Source of the DNA: Camelus ferus | Lineage: Eukaryota | Direction of reading: 5' to 3' | Assembly: GCF_009834535.1 (NCBI RefSeq) | Contig: NC_045696.1 | Location: forward strand, 114,516,001 to 114,580,000 | DNA: 64,000 nt | Part shown: one piece after another, positions 1-12,626 of the stretch | Position numbering within the stretch: the first letter of the stretch is position 1 | Layout: each line of letters opens with the position of its first letter | The notes under the pieces: model-generated | What the model saw: only the letters and a program-made list of their open reading frames with translations | Told to the model about the DNA's origin: nothing | Databases searched by the model: none | Program-made: the position numbers and the translations under genes

Positions 1-3000
1 TGCATCCCAGGAGTTAATCCCACTTGATTATGGTGTATGATGATTTTAATATATTGTTGAATTTGATTTGCCAATATTTTGTTGAGGATTTTTGCATCTG
101 TGTTCATCAGAGATATTGGCCTGTAATTTCCTTTTTTTTTTTTTCTTTTTTTGTGTGTCCTTATTTGGTTTTGGTATCAGGGTTATGTTGGCCTTGTAAA
201 ATTTGACTGGAAACATTCATTCCTCTTCAATTTTTTGGAAGATTTTGAGAAGGATAGGTATTAAATCTTTGACTGTTTGGTAGAATTCACCAATGAAGCT
301 GTCTGGTCCTGGACTTTTGTTTGTTGAAAGGTTTATGATTATTGACTCAATTTCCTTACTAGTAATTTATCCATTTAGATTTTTTATTTTTTCCCGATTG
401 TCTTGGATGATTGTATGATTCTAAGAGTATATCCATTTTTTTTCTAGGTTGTCCAATTTGTTGGCATATAATTGTTTGTAGTAATCTCTTATTATCCTTT
501 GTATTTCTGTGGTATCATTTGTAATTTCTCTTTCAGTTCTGATTTTTATTTGAGACCTCATTCTTTTTTTCCTTGGCAAGTCTAGCTAACAGTTTGTCAA
601 TTCTGTTTATCTTTTCCAAGAACCAGCTCTCAGTTTCATTGATATCCATTTTTTATTCTCTATGTTATTTATTTCTGCTCTGAGTTTTATTATTTCCTTC
701 CTTCTGTTAAAACTGTTGGCTTTGTTCTTCTTTTTCTAGTTTATTTTGGTGTAAAGTTAGATTGTTTGTTTACTTGAGATTTTCTTTTTTCTTGAGGTAG
801 ACCAGTATGCTATGAATTTAACTTAAAACTGCTTTTGCTGCATCTCATAAATTTTGGTAATGTCATATTTCCATTTTTATTTGTCTCTAGGTATTTTAAA
901 AATTCTCCTTTGATTTCTTTGTTCACCCAATGGTTGTTCAGTAGCATTTTGTTTAATCTCTGCATATTGTGATTTTTTTCAGTTTTCTTCTTCTAGTTTA
1001 TTTCAAGTTTCATACCATTGTGTTCAGAAAAAGATGTTTGATATGATTTCAACCTTCTTAAATTTATTGAGACTTGTTTCGTGGCCTAACATGTGATCTA
1101 TCCTGGAGAATGTTCCATGTTCACTGGAAAAGAATGCATGTTCTGCTGCTTTTGGATGGAGTGCTCTCTCTATATCTATAAAATATATCTGATCTAATGT
1201 GTTGCTTAATGCCAATGTTTCCTTGTTGATTTTCTGTCTGCGTGATCTATCCGTTGATGTAAGGAGTGTTAAAGTCTTCTACTAGTGTTGTATTTCTGCC
1301 TTTTGGTCTGTTAATATTTGCTTTATGTATGTTGGTGCACTTATGTTAGGTGCATATATATTTGTAAATATTGTATCTTCTTGTTGGATTTACCCCATTA
1401 TCATTATTTAATACATTTCTTTGTCTTTAATTGCAGTTTTTGTTTTAAAGTCTATCTTGTCTGATATTGGTATTGTTACTTCAGCTTTCTTTTTGTTTCC
1501 AGTTGCATGGGATATCTTTTCCCCTTCCTTCACTTTCGGCCTGTATGTGTCCTTACATCTGAAGTGAGTCTCTTGTTGGCAACATATACATGGCCTTGTT
1601 TTTTGTACCCATTCAGCCACTCTATGTTTTTGATTGGAAAATTCAGTCCATTCACAGTAAAAGTAATTATTGATAGGTATGGACCTACTGCCATTTTGTT
1701 AATAGTTCTATGGCTATTTTTTTTATAGTTCCTCTCTTTTCTTTCTTCTTTTATTCCCTTGTGGTTTGATAACTTTCTTTGGTGTTATGTTTAGGTTCCT
1801 TTCTCTTTTTCTTTTGTGTGTCTATCATTGGCTTTTGCTTTGTGGTTACTGTGAGGTTCACATAAAACAATCTATTTTAAGTTGATAGCAACTTAAATTT
1901 GAAGTCATTCCAAAATGCTTCATTTTTACTCACCCTCCATGTTATATGATTTTGCTGTCACATTTTATATTTTTTATTTTATGTATACCTTAACTAATTA
2001 TTGTAGTTTTAGTTAATTTTACTACTATTGTCTTTTAATGTTCATACTCAATTTATAAGTGATTGATTCACTACCTTCACTATATATTTACCTTTATCAG
2101 TGAGGTTTTTTATTTTTGTATGCTTTCTTGTCATTAATTAGTACTTTTTTCCCAGCATAAAGAAGTCCCTTTAACATTTCTTGCAAGGCCAGTTTAGTGA
2201 TGATAAACTCCTTTAACTTTTGCTTATCTGGAAAACTATCTCTCTTTTAATTCTGAATGATAACCTCACCAGGTAGAGTATTCTTGGTTGGAAGTTTTTT
2301 CCTTTCAGCACTGAATATACCCTTCCACCTTCTGAACTGAAAGGTTTCTGCTAAAAGAAGGAAACATAATATTTCCCTTGCATGTAACAAGTTGTTTTTC
2401 CTTGCTGCGTTTAACGTTCTCTCTTTAACTTTGGACATTGTACTTATAATGTGTCTTGATGTGGATCTCTTTGGGTTCTACATTTTTGGAACTCTCTGGG
2501 CTTCCTTGATCTAGTTGTCTGTTTTCTTCTCCACATTAAGAAAACTTCAGCCATTATTTCTTCAAATAAGTTTTCTGCCCCTTTCTCTCTCTTCTCCTTC
2601 TGGGATCCTTATAATGCAAAGTAATTCTGCTTGGTGTTGTTCCACAAGTTCTTTAAGCTAGCATCACTTTTTAAAAACTCTTTTTTTCTTTTTGCTGTTC
2701 TGTTTGGGTGAGTTCCATTGCCCTGTCTTCCAGATCGCTGATCTCTTCTTCTGCTTCATTTAGTATGCTGTTGAGCCCCTCTTGTGTATTTTTCAGGTCA
2801 GTTATTGTATTCTTCAGCTCTGTGATGTCTTACATTTTCTTATATTTTCTGTCTCTTTGTTGAAGTGTTCACCTGTCCTTTCCCACATTTGGTGAGCAAC
2901 TTTATGACCATTCCTTTGAATTTCTAATCTGGTTAATCACTATCTTTATTTCATTAAAGTTTTTTCCTGTGTTTTTTAAATTTCATCCTTTTGTTTGGAA

Positions 3001-4856
3001 CTTATTCCTCTGTTTCCTCATTTTGCCTGACTCTCTGTTTCTAGGCATTAGGCAGAGCAGCTACCTCTCTCAGTCTTAAAGAAGTGGCCTTGTGTGGGAG
3101 ATGAACCTTATAATTCAGCCTTGCCCAGGCTCTTGGTTGTCTCTCAAATGTTTGTGATTGTCTAAGCAGCCTGATTGATTCGTGGTAGGTCCCAGTTGCT
3201 GAGGTTGTGCTAACACCTGCCTGTTCCAAAGAAAGAGATCTCAGTCAGCATCTAGTCTCAGGCTTATGGGAAGCCAGCTCCTGAGGCAGTATCTTTAAAG
3301 TATGAACATATGTATAGTCCTGTGGGGCCACCATTGTAATTCCCACTGGTCTCCAGAGCAGGAGATCTGGAAGTGTCCCCTGGATGACAGTTGTATACAA
3401 CCTGGGGCTCTAAACAAGTGTACAAGCCCTGTCCTGGGAGGTATCATCTAGCTGCCATGAGACTGAAGGGGTGTGAAGGGAGGTGTCTCCCTGCTTACAG
3501 TCCCTGGGAGCATCTCCATAGCCTCTAAACATGTGGCAAGCCTGAAGCCTGTCCCTCAATCTGAAGCTCCAGGACAAGTAAATAGACCTTTTTCACAGGA
3601 AGACTTGGGTGTGTTCCAGTCTGCTCTCTGTCCAGTGTCCTGGGCTGGTGCCCTGCTGAGAACTACCTTTTCAATTGTTGCAATCCTGTAGAGCCCCCAA
3701 ACTGAAGCTCCTTTAGCCAGCAGGGCCAAGTGATCAAAGGCATGCCCTGTGTGTATTGCACATGTCCCCTTGCCTTAGTGAGGCAGCTGGGGCACACCTG
3801 CCGATGCTATCAAGGCAGTGGGAACATGCCTTGACTGCACACACCCGCCAGCTACAGCACACAGATTCTGGGAGCATAAGCCAGCTTTAGCAAGGGACAA
3901 GGAGAACGCTGTGACCTCTTGTGCTTGCTGGCCCCAGCGATACAGTGGTTGAGTGCCCTGACGGCCTGTCCCCACTGGCCTTAGCAAGGCAGAGAGAGTG
4001 TGTTATGTCCATGTATACCTGCCCACGCTGGCAGGTAGAGGGAGAGTATAATAATGTCATCCTCCAGTGCTTCTGTCCCCTGCCCCTCCAGCAGATGCTC
4101 TAAGATTAGCAAATGAGTCTTCTTCACCTAGACCAGGCACTTTTCAAACTGCTGCTTTTGCGCTGGGTCCTGCAGTGACTGAGTGCACAGCAAACTCTTT
4201 ACAAGAAGAATCTTAGTTCCCTACAGCACTCTGGGCCCCTTGGACATAAGCCCCAGAGTTTTCTAAGCCAGACATAAGGGGGGCCTGTAATGATACAATT
4301 GAACTTATTTATAAAACAGAAGGTGACTCACAGACATAGAAAACAAACTTACGATTGCCAAAGGGGAAGGCAGGGAGGGATAAATTAGGAGTTTGGGATT
4401 AGCACACACAAACTACTATGTATAAAATAGATAAACAGCAAGATCCTACTGTACAGTACAGGGCATTATATTCAATACCTTGTAATAACCTATAATGGAA
4501 AAGAATTTGAAAAAGAATATATATATGTATAACTGAATCACTATGCTGTACACCAATAAAAAGCGTAGCCATCTCTCTGGAGCAGATCTCAAGAGTTGGG
4601 GTGCCTGCCGTGGGGCACAAAGCCCTTGATCCTCTGGGAGAAGCCCAAACGTCGGGTGGGGTTTTGGTGAGAACGCATCTCTGTCTCTCCTGTCCATCTT
4701 GATGTGGTCCTTTCATCCTTCCTTCTGCAGGAGCAGCTCAGCCTCTTTTCAGTTCTTTCTCTGAGGACGTGGTTCCATGTGCAGCTGAAGATTTCGTGTG
4801 CCCATGGAAGGAGGGGAGTTCAGGGTCCTTCTGTGCCATCATCTCGGACTGCTCCC
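1..4856 (-). mobile_element. Decayed LINE-1, 5' portion (5'UTR, ORF1, ORF2 endonuclease region); runs off the left edge
   Basis: Minus-strand ORF remnants match the L1 ORF2 endonuclease (1408-1620 'CCQQETHFRCKDT...ISDKIDFKTK'; 1024-1215 'FFSSEHGTFSRIDHMLGH') and ORF1 (2247-2438 'KVKERTLNAARK'). Probable ORF1 ATG at ~3021. L1-like 5' terminus (rc GGGAGC...GATGGC) at ~4856. Many stops and frameshifts. Confidence 0.92.
4290..4562 (+). mobile_element. L1 3'-end fragment inserted in the 5'UTR of the older L1
   Basis: Typical L1 3'UTR text 'gactcacagacatagaaaacaaactta...gataaattaggagtttgggatt...gaatcactatgctgtacacc' ending in AATAAAAA; opposite strand to its host. Confidence 0.88.
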
Positions 4857-7074
4857 TGGTTTTCACTTTCATTTAAATTGAGATCATAATGCTATGTGAC
4901 AAGAACCCATCTGTATAAGAGTATCATTATTATTTACCCATTCTTACTGTGGGTAGATATACACGGTTTCCACATAGTAACTGCTCATTGTTATAATGCC
5001 TTTTTAAGGCATTCTTGGAAGACTTCTTTACAATTATATCCAACGATGCAGTGGTGATGTCATAATACTAATTACTAAATGTATGCTAAATTTTAAGATC
5101 TGTTTTTACTGACTCTGTCAAGTGACCTTGAAAAACATTAAAATTACCATCGATTGGTGTGATTTTATGGCAATGTATTTTCTCCAGTTTTGTTCTTTAT
5201 AAATAAAACAATTGAAAAGGTTTGCCCAGATATTATTACAACTTCATAGAGACTTTGCTAAGGGAGAATTTTTGAGGAAAAATAATTCCCTCTTTGTTTA
5301 GGTAGAAATCTCCATCATTATAATTGTACCTTTTCTGTGAATTTTCTGTTTCTCACATGCTCTTTCTTTGGAACCCTTTTTACAAAGGAGATTTTACAAA
5401 CATAATGGCTTGTTGGTTTCTGTACCTTCATAATAATTCCACTTTCGTCATAGAGAAGTTCAGGGCTGTCTTCATCAGTGCCTAGGTCCAATCATGGCTT
5501 ACATTTGGAGAGCTGGAGGGATTTGTAACTCACTAGGCTTCCTTGTGCATTTGGCAGAGAGATGGCCAGAGTTAACAATAGCCACGCAGCAGAATGAGGA
5601 CGTGGCCGATGTGCAGGTGCTGGAGACAGTGTTTTCAGTGTAGAGCTGGCATAAGGTTGTTCCATCAACAGATGTTCACTGAACATCTACTGGGTATGAC
5701 ACAATTTCTGAGCACCCTAGCCTAGTGTTCTGAGCCGAATTCGCTGCCCTTCATGCTCCTCAGCGTTGGCATGAGCTCTTTCCAACATTTTTTTCAGGAT
5801 GTTAAAGCCTGTAAGCTAAGTGTCCATCATAATGATAGGTTGTCCCAGGACTCAGCACCAAAGCCAGAGTATGAATGAAATTTTTTTTTTTTGCAAACCA
5901 TCAATATGATGATTTACCCATTATGTGTGATGAAATTAGTCTTCAAACGGCTATTCTTTTTGACAGGTGACTTTGCTTGCTTAACATATGGTTATAGGAA
6001 AAATCCCACGATCAACATTGTCAAAACCAAACAGCATTAAATGTCTATGATTTGGAACACTCTAAAGGTGATTAATTTGGGAAGCGATTGGGGGAGTTGC
6101 TTTTAAAAATGTATGCCTTCTGTTTTATCTTGATACACTGGTGAATCGTAAATACCCATTGTCAGAATAGATTGTCTTGTTGCTGAAATGTTTTTAAATC
6201 TTGCCCTTCTGCAGTAACATTTTGGCATATATTTTCTTCCATAAATATATGTTGCTTCATGCACAAAAACATACAATTCTATTTTTCATATAGCTGTTAA
6301 TAGTCTATTTTTAGAATTATGCAGATTTAGGCACATAATACAAAGTAACCTTTTTTTTTTTCTTCATAGAACTGGTAAATTGTTTCATAATTTATCCCTG
6401 CTAAAGTAACTCCTTCTCAACTGAGAACCTATTTTCAAGGCTTCTTGTGAAAGTAAAGTTATACGTCAGAACGGTTTGCACAAATTAGATTTGTTTGTTC
6501 TGCATGTTTTGAATTATGTTAGAAATAATCTTATATTATTCTCTCATAGCCTCTTGTTATAGAATACAAAATAATGCTGTAATTCAGCAGAGCACTAAAA
6601 AGTGACTGTAAGCCCCCCATATAGTACATGACAACTTCTTCGCATATCAGTTTGCTAAAAAGGCTAAACAAACGGAAAGATTTAGGATTACAAGATATAC
6701 AATAAAAAATTATACTTCTTAGAGGGGTGATATCAACAGATGGAGATTACACAGCAGCGAAATGAGTGCCAAGTGAGCACCCCCAAATTATATCTGCTCA
6801 ACAGCGATTCCCTCAGGGTCCTGAATGACCCTCTGGTTAGTTTCATGTTTGTTTTCTAAACTCACAGCTGGTGTCAAGATGGCCAGGCTTAAACAAAACC
6901 TTTGCCAGCACCCTAGCTGCCTGAGGACAAGGTCAGGGTTCTGTGGCTTTGACCGTTGGGCCCCCATTGGCTTCTTCGATGTGGTAATAGAGTCAGACAG
7001 CTGTGCGTTCAAATCTTGTGTCCTGCCCTGACACTGCGATCAGAAACGTCTCTTTCCTCTGAACTTTCATAACA

Positions 7075-7283
7075 ACGGTGCTTGTGTTTCTGTCGCAGTG
7101 GTAATAACATCTTACCCTGCATTAAGGTATTCCAGGTCACATCTTGTTTCTCCCACTAGGCTGCGTATGCCTTGAAGGGTGAGGACTGTGCCTTGTTTAT
7201 TGCTGAGACTCCCAGTACCGTTTAGTCTAGAACTTTCCACACGGTATGTACTCAATACATATAGACTGAAGAAACTAAGAAAT
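7075..7283 (+). mobile_element. L2 3'-end fragment
   Basis: 'ctcccactaggctg...ccttgaagggtgaggactgtgcc...gtactcaatacatat' resembles the L2 3' terminus. Confidence 0.6.
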
Positions 7284-7407
7284 AAAGGTGCCTTTTGAGA
7301 ATTAAACAACAAGAAGAACAAAATTCCAAAATCAGCCGAACAGAGAAAAATCACAATTTTATGCAGAGTAAGTTACAGAAAGGTATTGCTTTAAGAAATG
7401 CTGGTCA

Positions 7408-7846
7408 ATTTGCAGCAACATGGGTGGACCTAGAGATGATCACACTAAGTGAAGTACGTCAGACAGAGAAAGACAAATGACGTACAATATCATTTATACG
7501 TAGACTCTAAAAAAATGATACAAATGAACTTATTTACAAAACAGAAAAAGAGTCACATAGAAAGCAAACTTATGGTTACCAGGGAAGAAAAGAGGTTGGG
7601 AGGGATAAATTAGGAGTTTGAGATTAGCAGATACAAACTGTTTTATACAGAATAGATAAACAACAAGGTCCTACTGTATAGTACAGGGAACTCTTCAGTA
7701 ACTTTTAATAAGCTATAATAAAAAAGAATATGAAAAGAATATATATAAATGAATCACTACGCTGTACACCAGAGACTAATGCAACATTGTCAATCAACCA
7801 TACTTCAATTTAAAAAATTTTAAAAATAAAATAGAATTAAAAAAGT
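7408..7846 (+). mobile_element. 5'-truncated L1 3' end with target-site duplication
   Basis: L1 3'UTR with A-rich tail, flanked by aagaaatgctgg(t/c)ca at 7393-7407 and 7847-7861; TT/AAGA endonuclease-type target. Confidence 0.92.
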
Positions 7847-8076
7847 AAGAAATGCTGGCCAGATCATATTTAGTTCTACCGTGACTGCCTAGGCGTGGGG
7901 GGCAGCAACACAACCCGGTAAGACCGTCCTTCCTCCTAGGCCTTTTCTTTTTTTTTTTAACCAACCCCATTCATTGCCTCCACACTATCCAAGCAAGCTA
8001 TTGTCTGATGCTTTGGGAAACTAGTGACTAGGCCACCAGTTCCTTCATGCCTGATGGGGACAATCAGCGAGGCCTC

Positions 8077-8248
8077 CGCTGCTCAAAGTGTGGGTCTTCG
8101 TCAGTGGCTTCTGCATCCCCTGGGAGCTCACTGTAAATGCAAGTTTTCAGGTGTGATCACAGAGCTACTGAATCAGAATCTGCATTTTAACAAGAATTTA
8201 ACACCTGGAGAGGTGATCAGCTTGTGTATTCAAGTTTGAGAAGTACTG
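8077..8248. mobile_element. MER5-like hAT-Charlie MITE
   Basis: 'ctcaaagtgtgg...tactgaatcagaatctgcattttaacaag...aagtttgagaagtactg' matches the recalled MER5A consensus. Confidence 0.75.
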
Positions 8249-10435
8249 ACCTCAGACATTTGTCCAAAATACTAAGTTTGAGGTCCTCTCCCATGGATTC
8301 TGATGCTCTAGAGGGTTTCTGCAAATCCATATTTTTAGCACCTGTGATTTTTTTTTTAATCATAAAGCAAATTTACAAAGTACCAAACTCTTTCAATCAG
8401 GGACAGAATGTTTTAAATGATGACCTAAAACGTTTATGCATCCTTGAGCACTCCCAGGTATTCTACTGGTAGAAGAGGAGGAGGTAAGAAAAGGAACAAG
8501 TGTCTGCCATTGGACTCTTGGGTCCATATGGATCTCTACAGTCGGGGTCTTCCATATTTCTGAAGAGCACACTTGGGCTTAGGGGATAAACATTTTTAAA
8601 AAAAATTTAGCTCTTTCTGATGGAAATATTCTAACACTGCATTTTATGTTTCCTTACTTTGGCAATATAATTCATTCCTTAAGGAAGATATTATCAGGTT
8701 GATGTGTATATTTATGCTATAATGTTATAAAACAGAGCATCTTGGGGCATCTCTGGTGTGTACTGATGGCCACTCACAAGGAATAATCCACATGGATAGA
8801 AAATACATGTATCTGATGCATGTGTATATAACTTAATATATGTGTTTATACTCACAAACAAAAATTCACGTGTACACTTTGACACATGTGTGAAGGCGTA
8901 TCAATAGAAAACACAACACGGTTTTCTAAAGTGATTGTTTTATCCAAAGCCTTGGAGGAAGGAATGGCTTTAAAGCCATCTTTTTCCTTCTTTCAGATCC
9001 TAAAGTTATTTTTAAAAACTGTAACGATAAATGTATTTATTCAGTTCTATTGCCAAAAATAATGAAAGATAGATCTGCATCAAATATACTGTAGATTTTC
9101 TTCCAGCACTTGCCACAGTGCAAATAATTTGTTTCAAAGCACTTCAATGGCATCGAGGAGAAGAGGGAGTTTCGGTGAATCAAGGACCTTTGTGGGAAGG
9201 ATGCTTGGAACTAAAAAGCAGTTAGCACAGAGGATAGACTAGAAGATTTGCTCATGTAAAAATAATGACCTGACAAAAAAAAGACTATGTGCTGAGAATG
9301 AATCCCTCTAAGTTCAACAACAAAGGTTCTTATGGAAACAATGCCAAATAATGACTGTAAACAAAATATTTTCCTCCATGTCCTCTGTGAAATGTCTTTC
9401 GTATTCTCCAGCCCACACTTGTTATCCTGCCAGAGGTGCCCTCAGCGTGACGTTAAGAGTTTGAATTTGTAGTTTTGAATACTGATGATTTAAGGTTATT
9501 TTGAAAGGATGCATCAATCTTTCCCATTTCTTATAAAACGTTTCCTTCCTTTTTTATCCACAGTCATCCCTACTTGTCTGTATGATGCATTCTCTACTTG
9601 TTCGTAAACACGATATCATTATTCTGTAAATGTCTTTCATCTATACACTTTAGTACATCATCTACTGAGTAGGGACCATATCCTTTAAACCTCATATATT
9701 TTCTTTGTGAAGTATTCAGGGGTCAACACATTTTGTCCAGATGTAACAGATGGAGATACGTCATTTGGCAGATTAAAGTTCACTCCACAAATATGTATCC
9801 AGTGACTGCCATACCCTGTGAACGGGCTGAAGTGATGGGGATATGGATAGATGCAACCTCTTCTCTAAGAAAGCTGAATGTACTGCTGGGGTGGGCGAGT
9901 AATGAGACTGCATAAACATCCTGATGGAAGTAGAGGGCTTGCTGACAACCAACCCAGAACTGGGGACAAAGGAAAATTTCCAGAGGAAGTGCTCTCTCTG
10001 CGGGAGTCTCCAGGCCAGCGGGAGGGGAGGTGGAGGTCGGGAGGTGGAGGACAGAAGGTGGTGGGGATGGGGCCCCAGGCTTGGAAGGAGCATGCGCAGG
10101 TCTCCTGCGTGAGCCGGACGAACACGTGCAGTTTCAGGATCTAACGGAAGTGGGCGTGCTGGGGTTTGCATCCTCGTGGGTCACACCCGGCATCTGTGTT
10201 ACATTTAAATTTTACTAAGAGCTTTCTTGTGCATTATCTAGCTCATTGCTCACAGCTTCCTCAGCTGACGTACGTAAGGTCAATAGGGATGAAGTGAGTT
10301 CTGGCTCAGAATCACTCTTGAGCTTCCGCCTCCCATGCTGAGCCCACATCCTCTTCTGTCTTTCATTTGTGCCTTCTAACATGTGGACGGTCAGTGAACA
10401 GAAACCCTCAGGTCATCTCAGAATTTGGAAAAGTG

Positions 10436-10680
10436 CAGTTCTTTCTTCAACTGTTACCTATTTTATTTGAGAAAACACCTCTTTATATATAAATATATAT
10501 ATAATGTATATAAATATATATAAAGTCTATAGAAATATGTAATTTATATATATTTATATATGAATATATATACTTTATATAAATATATTATATATAATTT
10601 GAATATATAAAACATTTATATATAAATATGTAAAGAGATGTTTTCTCAAATAAAATAGGTAACAGTTGAAGACAGAATTG
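10436..10680. repeat. Inverted repeat with ~50-bp unique arms around a TA-rich core
   Basis: tcttcaactgttacctattttatttgagaaaacacctcttta (10444-10485) is the reverse complement of taaagagatgttttctcaaataaaataggtaacagttgaaga (10631-10672) with 1 mismatch; pairing extends to 10436/10680 with 2 more mismatches. Confidence 0.95.
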
Positions 10681-11209
10681 GATTTACATTTATATATATA
10701 AAGAAACAATCTTTATATATATACATATATACGTGTGTGTATGTGTGTGTGTGTGTATGTGTGTATATATACATATATATATGACTTTTTTTAACAGAAG
10801 GACTGTTTCCAGGGACTTTGAGACACTCAAACTTCAAGGGAGACACCTGGGGAGGTTGATTAACTCAGAATTGACAATAATTAAGGCTAAACAATAAAAA
10901 AGATGCTTTCCTGGGCCACACATCTTACAGAAAATTACAGATTTGATGGATGTCAGGAAAGAGCAGCGTTTTACCAATTATTACCCCAATTATAATTTAG
11001 AAGAACTGTCAGTTATAGAAGTTCGTTTAGCAAGTGATTTTGAACTATCTCTTAATTTTTTTTTTTATATCACAGATTGGCATTTAAACTACAGTCAAGA
11101 TAAACCTAAACTTGAAATGGAAAACTTCAATCCTAATGCTCGAAAAATAATAGCTTCAAAGCAGTGAAGCCTGTGGGAAACGCAGATGCACTGAAACCTT
11201 TCTGCTCAC

Positions 11210-11295
11210 GTGTGGCAAAGAAATGACCTTCTTTGAGCCTCAGTTTCTTGCTCTGTAACAAAAATTTATCTTCTAAACTTTTTGTGAGGATCCAA
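11210..11295 (+). mobile_element. MIR fragment
   Basis: MIR core 'tgagcctcagtttcttgctctgtaa...ttgtgaggat'. Confidence 0.6.
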
Positions 11296-12142
11296 GAAGT
11301 AAAAAAAAGTAAACCATTTTTATAACTATATAAAACCTAGTTACTGAGTGATCATTTTTTGAATTTGTTTAGTTCTTGAATTACCCTGTATCTCTTTAAA
11401 TAGTAAAGAAAAATGAGACTATTGGTATCAAGGCAGTTCGTGACATGTAAACTGTTGTTCACATCTGTCATGGCCTGGCGAATGGAAGATGCTAAAAGAC
11501 TACTAGGTGAATGAGTTCACCCTTAATAGAAAGGCAGACCAAAGATGGAGAAGTTTAAAACATGAATTGGGAAAGAATAAATCCTGGGGAAAGAGTGAAG
11601 TGGACATAAGATTTCCTACCTAACTGTGAAGCGAAAAACCACCAAAAACTTGGGGAAAAAAAACAAAACAAAGGGAGGAAAGCATATGATTTTGGTGTCA
11701 TCCCTGAGCACTGTTTAACAAACCCAGACAAAGATTATTTTATTTTATAGGGTAATGCAGCTTTGGTTTACTATTGATCATGGCCGGCCCAGGCTCCGCG
11801 AAGTGACATGTTAATTGTAGCTTCGTGTCACGCAGAAGCAGATGATTTCTGGTACCGATGCAAATGAGTAGGGAACCACAATGGTTACAGTTTTATTGGC
11901 CCTTAGAACGTTAACCTGTCCTTTCTCTAACTTAGCCAACCTATTTCTGTGGGTTTTCTCAGACAGGTGATACAAATCTGTTTCTCAAACGCAGTGTGAA
12001 CCAGCTCTACCATCCTGTGGGATCCCTCACTTGTGAATAAATATATCTTTGACACAGATATTCTACATCTCTGGGATGCTTTGAACTTTTTGAAAATTAA
12101 GCTTGACAGTTTTAAAGAAAACCGACTTACAGCTGTGGGTTT

Positions 12143-12626
12143 TGTCGACAGAAGAGAAATGCACAACCTAAAAGTGGAGAATTATCTTTTACCCGGTAGA
12201 CTTACTGAGGACTTAAGCCTGGGAGACAGCTTCTCAGATAGCTAGCTCTGAGGGACTGTTCTTAAGAGAAATGATAGAAGCCAAGTTATGTAGGCATTTT
12301 TGCCAAAAAAAAAAAAAAAAAAAATCAAAACAGGTAGTCCAACATCAAAAGATGAATGCCAATTATTAAAAAAATAAAACACAACAGCCATCTCAGGTTA
12401 ATGAATTTAAGGCTTTTCTATGTATGGGAAGATGCAAGAGTCTGGACTTATGGAAATTATTCCTTAATGTGCACCTTAACTACCTTGGGCCAGCATCCTG
12501 TTTTTCTCCGCTGTGCATCCCTTTGGGTGCACCATCAGTGAGGGAGGGGCTGCAGTGGCTGATGGCTCGATGGCCGCGGCAACACCCTTTGTTTACTGAA
12601 ATGGCAGGTGACATGCTTTGTCCACA
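12143..12626 (-). mobile_element. Solo LTR, ERV1-like family A (copy 1)
   Basis: TG...CA termini and perfect 4-bp TSD gttt (12139-12142 / 12627-12630); homologous to the LTRs at 20527, 23809 and 25295. Confidence 0.9.
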
